This document shows positions 59,920 through 64,000 of a stretch of DNA of 64,000 nt, piece by piece; the first letter of the stretch is position 1, and each line of letters begins with the position of its first letter. The stretch is from an uncultured Lachnoclostridium sp. (GTDB lineage Bacteria; Bacillota; Clostridia; Lachnospirales; Lachnospiraceae), in contig CAMWXG010000001.1 of NCBI GenBank assembly GCA_947178155.1, positions 1,248-65,247 of the forward strand, written 5' to 3'. A program made the position numbers and the translations under genes. Under the pieces are notes generated by a model. The model ran no database searches, was not told where the DNA came from, and saw only the letters and a list, made by a program, of their open reading frames with translations.

Positions 59920-60257
59920 AATCTACCTCTTTCTGTGCTTTGCACAATTTTTATTTCTGCGTTTAACGCAGTTTTATTTAACGATTATATTATCTGTAAT
60001 CTTTAAAAAAATATTCTGTTAAAATTTACCAAATTTACATAAATACTAATAATGTAAAAATATCATTAGTATTTATTTTAATTATGAAGAAATCATTAAG
60101 AATAAAAAATTGATTTGTACATATATGTTTTTTATGGTATACTGTCTTATGTTGCAAAAGGTGTAAAGTTAAATTAAGATAGGGGGGGGTAGAGCGTTGG
60201 TGCACACGTCCAAACATAAATTTATATAAAAGCGTGTGAGAATGGAGGAATGAATTT

Positions 60258-61031
60258 ATGAAAGAGTTATTAGTAGTAGATAATCTGCATAAGACATTTA
60301 ATCTTTCAGCAAAACAGCAGAAAATCGAACGTACTAAAAGTAAAACAAAGGTTGCTGTAGATAATCTTTCTTTTAAAGCATTTGAAGGAGAGGTATATGG
60401 ACTTTTAGGTCCGAATGGTGCAGGAAAGACTACAACACTTCGTATGCTTGCAACATTAATCAAGCCTGATGGAGGAGATGCAGTTATAGCAGGTTCAAGT
60501 ATTGTAAAAGAGGCAGATAAGGTAAGGGAAAAGATAGGTTTTCTTACAAGTGAGTTAAAGCTTGAGGACTATTTTACACCTAATTATTTGTATGATTTCT
60601 TTTCAGAACTACATAAGGTTCCAAATGATGTAAGAGATGCAAGAAAAAAAGAAATATTTGATATTTTTGGAATCAGCAAGTTCGCAGAGGTAAAAGTTGC
60701 AGATTTATCAACGGGAATGAAACAAAAGGCTTCTTTAGCTATTTCTCTTGTGCATAATCCTGATATTATTATATTTGATGAACCAACAAATGGTTTAGAT
60801 GTACTTACAGCACGCGTTGTTACTGATTTTATAGGAGATTTAAAAGAGCGTGGCAAGACAATAATTGTTTCTACTCATATTTTCAATCTTATAGAAAAGG
60901 TATGTGACAGGGTAGGAATAGTTATTAACGGAAAAATGGTAAAGAGTGGTACATTGGAAGAGATTACAGTTGGGAGAAGTTTAGAAGACAGCTTTTTTGA
61001 AATATATAAGGAAAATGTAAAGGAAGATTGA
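60258..61031 (+). CDS. ABC transporter ATP-binding protein (NatA-like)
   Basis: GPNGAGKT, LSTGMKQK, FDEPTNGLD. Confidence 0.9.
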   Translation: MKELLVVDNLHKTFNLSAKQQKIERTKSKTKVAVDNLSFKAFEGEVYGLLGPNGAGKTTTLRMLATLIKPDGGDAVIAGSSIVKEADKVREKIGFLTSELKLEDYFTPNYLYDFFSELHKVPNDVRDARKKEIFDIFGISKFAEVKVADLSTGMKQKASLAISLVHNPDIIIFDEPTNGLDVLTARVVTDFIGDLKERGKTIIVSTHIFNLIEKVCDRVGIVINGKMVKSGTLEEITVGRSLEDSFFEIYKENVKED

Positions 61032-61040
61032 GGTTGAGCT

Positions 61041-62231
61041 ATGAAGAATGCAATTATTACTATATTAAAAAAAGAATTGCTGAGGTTTTTCAGTGATAAA
61101 CGTATGGCAATAACAACTATTTTACTGCCTGGTGTTATGATATATGTTATGTATAGTTTTATGGGAAGTGCATTGTCAGAAAAATTTACAGTAGATGATA
61201 AGCACGTTTATAATATAGAAAGCAAAGGGGCACTGCCTGAAAGTATTAATGCTTTGATAAATAATTCAGATGTTGGTTTTGATGTATCTGATACATCTGA
61301 TGATATTGATAAGGTTGTGGACAGACTTAAGGACGAAAAGATTGATTTATATGTTATATTTCCAGAGAATTTTGATAAAGAGGTGGAAGAGTATAACAGT
61401 AACTCTGGCAGTTCTGCCCCAGAGGTTAAGGTGTATTATAATTCTGCTTCAACTGAGTCTGACAGTGCATATTCTGTAATGACAGAGCTGCTTAATACAT
61501 ATGAGTCAGCATTATCTAATAAGTTTGATATAAATGCAGATATAGATACTGAATATGATGTAGCAGATGACAAGGATGTAATGGCAACAGTTTTTTCATC
61601 AATGCTTCCAATGCTTCTTTTGATGTTCATGTTTAGCGCATGTATGTCAATCGGACCTGATTCAATAGCAGGCGAAAAGGAAAGAGGAACTATTGCAACA
61701 CTGCTTGTAACTCCGACTAAGAGAGGTAATATAGCACTTGGTAAGATAATAGCACTTTCAATAATAGCACTTTTAAGTGGTGTTTCAAGTACACTGGGAA
61801 CAATGCTTTCACTTCCCAAACTTATGGCAACGGAAGGAAAAGATATAAGTGCTGATATATATACTATTATGGATTATGTAATGCTTGCAGTTATTATACT
61901 TACTACTACAATGCTTATAGTTGCAATTATATCAATAGTTTCTGCATTTGCCAAAAGTACAAAAGAGGCCCAAACATATCTTACGCCACTTATGATAGTT
62001 GTAATGATTGTTGGTATAAGCGGAATGTTTTCAAATGGAGCACAGACAGATATTGTATACTATTTGATCCCTATATATAATAGTGTACAGTCAATGCTTG
62101 GAGTCTTTACATTTGAAATAGTTCCACTGAATATGATAATATCTGTAATAAGCAATGTTATATATACAGGTGTGTGTGTATTTATACTTACAAGAATGTT
62201 TAATAGTGAAAAGATAATGTTTAATCGGTAA
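61041..62231 (+). CDS. ABC-2 permease (NatB-like)
   Basis: KKELLRFFSDKR, AGEKERGTIATLLVTP, AKSTKEAQ. Confidence 0.9.
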   Translation: MKNAIITILKKELLRFFSDKRMAITTILLPGVMIYVMYSFMGSALSEKFTVDDKHVYNIESKGALPESINALINNSDVGFDVSDTSDDIDKVVDRLKDEKIDLYVIFPENFDKEVEEYNSNSGSSAPEVKVYYNSASTESDSAYSVMTELLNTYESALSNKFDINADIDTEYDVADDKDVMATVFSSMLPMLLLMFMFSACMSIGPDSIAGEKERGTIATLLVTPTKRGNIALGKIIALSIIALLSGVSSTLGTMLSLPKLMATEGKDISADIYTIMDYVMLAVIILTTTMLIVAIISIVSAFAKSTKEAQTYLTPLMIVVMIVGISGMFSNGAQTDIVYYLIPIYNSVQSMLGVFTFEIVPLNMIISVISNVIYTGVCVFILTRMFNSEKIMFNR

Positions 62232-62366
62232 TTTAAATAAAAAGGCATAAAAAATATGTGGCAGATTAGATTTCTGTACCTGACGTTTTTTATAACTGTT
62301 AAGTACAAGATATTTAAATCTGCCACATAAATATATTTTTTAATTTTCAACCATGTTTGGATTATA

Positions 62367-63998
62367 CTAGTTCATTTTTTCAACGCTAAGTTTTACATCT
62401 TCACCATTTATTTTCCAGTCTTTTTCAAAACCGGATGTCTGATTATAAACGATTTCATTTGCAAGGACTTCTGATTTGATTTCATTTTGGTTGCGTTCTA
62501 TTATGCCTTTAATCTTATCGTTATCCTTTACACCTACACAAATATGGTCCATAACTTCAAAGCCTGCATCTTTTCTCATTGTCTGTATCTTACTGATAAT
62601 TTCTCTTACAAATCCCTCCTCAATAAGTTCAGGTGTAAGATTGGTATCAAGTACAACGGTTATGCCATGGTCTGTGTCCGAAATATAGCCTTCAATTTGT
62701 GCAGATTCAATGAGAAGGTCATCTTTTTCAAGGACTTCATCATTGCCGTCTACGTTAATTGTAAGTGTCCCTTTTTCATTGATTTCAGCCATAGCCTTTT
62801 GACCATCTATGTCCGCAAGTATCTGCTTAACTGCATTTATATTTTTGCCAAAACGGCGTCCAAGTGTCTTTAGCTGCGGCTTAAAGCTGTATGAAATAAG
62901 CATGCTTACATCATCTGTAAGGACAGCTTCTTTAACATTAAGCTCATCACGTATTATATCCATATAGAATTCAGATAAATCTTTATCTGCTTTTACAAAC
63001 ATCTTTTTAATCGGCTGGCGGTTTTTGATATTGGCAGTATTGCGGCATGCACGTCCAAGCACTACTGCTTCAAGTACAATATCCATATCTGCTTCAAGTT
63101 CTGTATCTATATAATTTTTAATAACTTCTGGGAAATTACAGAGATGAACGCTTTCAGGTGCATCTTTATCAACTGAGCACACAAGATTGCGATAAATATC
63201 TTCTGTCATAAATGGCACCATAGGTGCGGCAGCTTTTGATATAGTTACAAGTGCAGTATAAAGAGTCATATATGCATTAATCTTATCCTGTTCCATTCCT
63301 TTTGCCCAAAAACGTTCGCGACAGCGTCTTACATACCAATTGCTCATTTCCTCTACAAAGCCCTGTAATGCTTTAGCTGTTTCTGGTATGCGATATGCTG
63401 CAAGGTTTTCATCTACAGCCTTTACTGTGCTGTTAAGGCGTGAAAGAAGCCATTTATCTATAACAGCCAGTTTATCATATTCAAGAGTGTATTTAGCAGC
63501 GTCAAAATTGTCTATATTGGCATAGAGTACGAAAAATGCATATGTGTTCCAAAGTGTAACCATAAATTTTCGCTGTCCTTCTTGCACTGCTTTAACATGG
63601 AAACGGTTTGGAAGCCAAGGTGCGCTATTGATATAGAAATACCAACGTATTGCATCTGCGCCATATTTTTCAAGTGCTTCAAAGGGATCAACAGAATTTC
63701 CTTTTGACTTGCTCATCTTCTGACCATTTTCGTCCTGTACATGTCCAAGAACTATTACATTTTCGTAAGGAGCTTTATTGAAAAGAAGGGTTGATTCTGC
63801 CATAAGTGAATAGAACCATCCTCTTGTCTGGTCTACTGCTTCAGATATGAATTGTGCAGGGAACTGCTGTTCAAATAAATCCTTATTTTCAAATGGATAG
63901 TGGTGCTGTGCAAATGGCATTGCTCCTGAATCAAACCAACAGTCAATAACTTCTGGTACACGTTTCATAACGCCGCCACAGTCAGGACATTTAAATGT
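62367..63998 (-). CDS. ileS: Isoleucine-tRNA ligase (type 2), 5' part outside the window
   Basis: DCWFDSG, EAVDQTRGWFY, KMSKS; frame open to the window edge (TFKCPDCGGVMKR); no C-terminal Zn finger. Confidence 0.96.
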   Translation of the reverse strand, partial: TFKCPDCGGVMKRVPEVIDCWFDSGAMPFAQHHYPFENKDLFEQQFPAQFISEAVDQTRGWFYSLMAESTLLFNKAPYENVIVLGHVQDENGQKMSKSKGNSVDPFEALEKYGADAIRWYFYINSAPWLPNRFHVKAVQEGQRKFMVTLWNTYAFFVLYANIDNFDAAKYTLEYDKLAVIDKWLLSRLNSTVKAVDENLAAYRIPETAKALQGFVEEMSNWYVRRCRERFWAKGMEQDKINAYMTLYTALVTISKAAAPMVPFMTEDIYRNLVCSVDKDAPESVHLCNFPEVIKNYIDTELEADMDIVLEAVVLGRACRNTANIKNRQPIKKMFVKADKDLSEFYMDIIRDELNVKEAVLTDDVSMLISYSFKPQLKTLGRRFGKNINAVKQILADIDGQKAMAEINEKGTLTINVDGNDEVLEKDDLLIESAQIEGYISDTDHGITVVLDTNLTPELIEEGFVREIISKIQTMRKDAGFEVMDHICVGVKDNDKIKGIIERNQNEIKSEVLANEIVYNQTSGFEKDWKINGEDVKLSVEKMN

Positions 63999-64000
63999 TA

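Noticed and set aside
62367-63998. Type 2 IleRS as an acquired mupirocin-resistance gene
   Set aside because: Type 2 IleRS is the usual housekeeping form in many clostridia, and there is no mobile context.

Overview
AT-rich chromosome segment from a spore-forming, chemotactic Firmicute; gene content suggests Lachnospiraceae/Clostridia (inference). Left to right it carries a cell-wall glycopolymer locus (NeuB-cupin fusion, TagF-like, TarI-like, epimerase) and a MarR-controlled heterodimeric ABC exporter. Next is a ~14.6 kb four-gene operon of unknown function (10450-25070), ending in a 3210-aa giant protein and immediately followed by an unannotated Fst/Ldr-like type I toxin-antitoxin locus. 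The rest is mostly housekeeping: NSS and AlsT-type transporters, a second ABC pair with a MerR-type promoter, two MCPs, cotJ, trmB, ahcY, rpmG-secE-nusG-rplK-rplA, OPT-PqqD-pepD, natAB-like and a partial ileS. A modular GTTAC...GTAAC intergenic repeat occurs six times. The best candidate for an undescribed system is the four-gene giant-protein operon. All family calls come from motif recognition by eye, with no database search. Start codons were moved to the best RBS where it differs from the ORF track.
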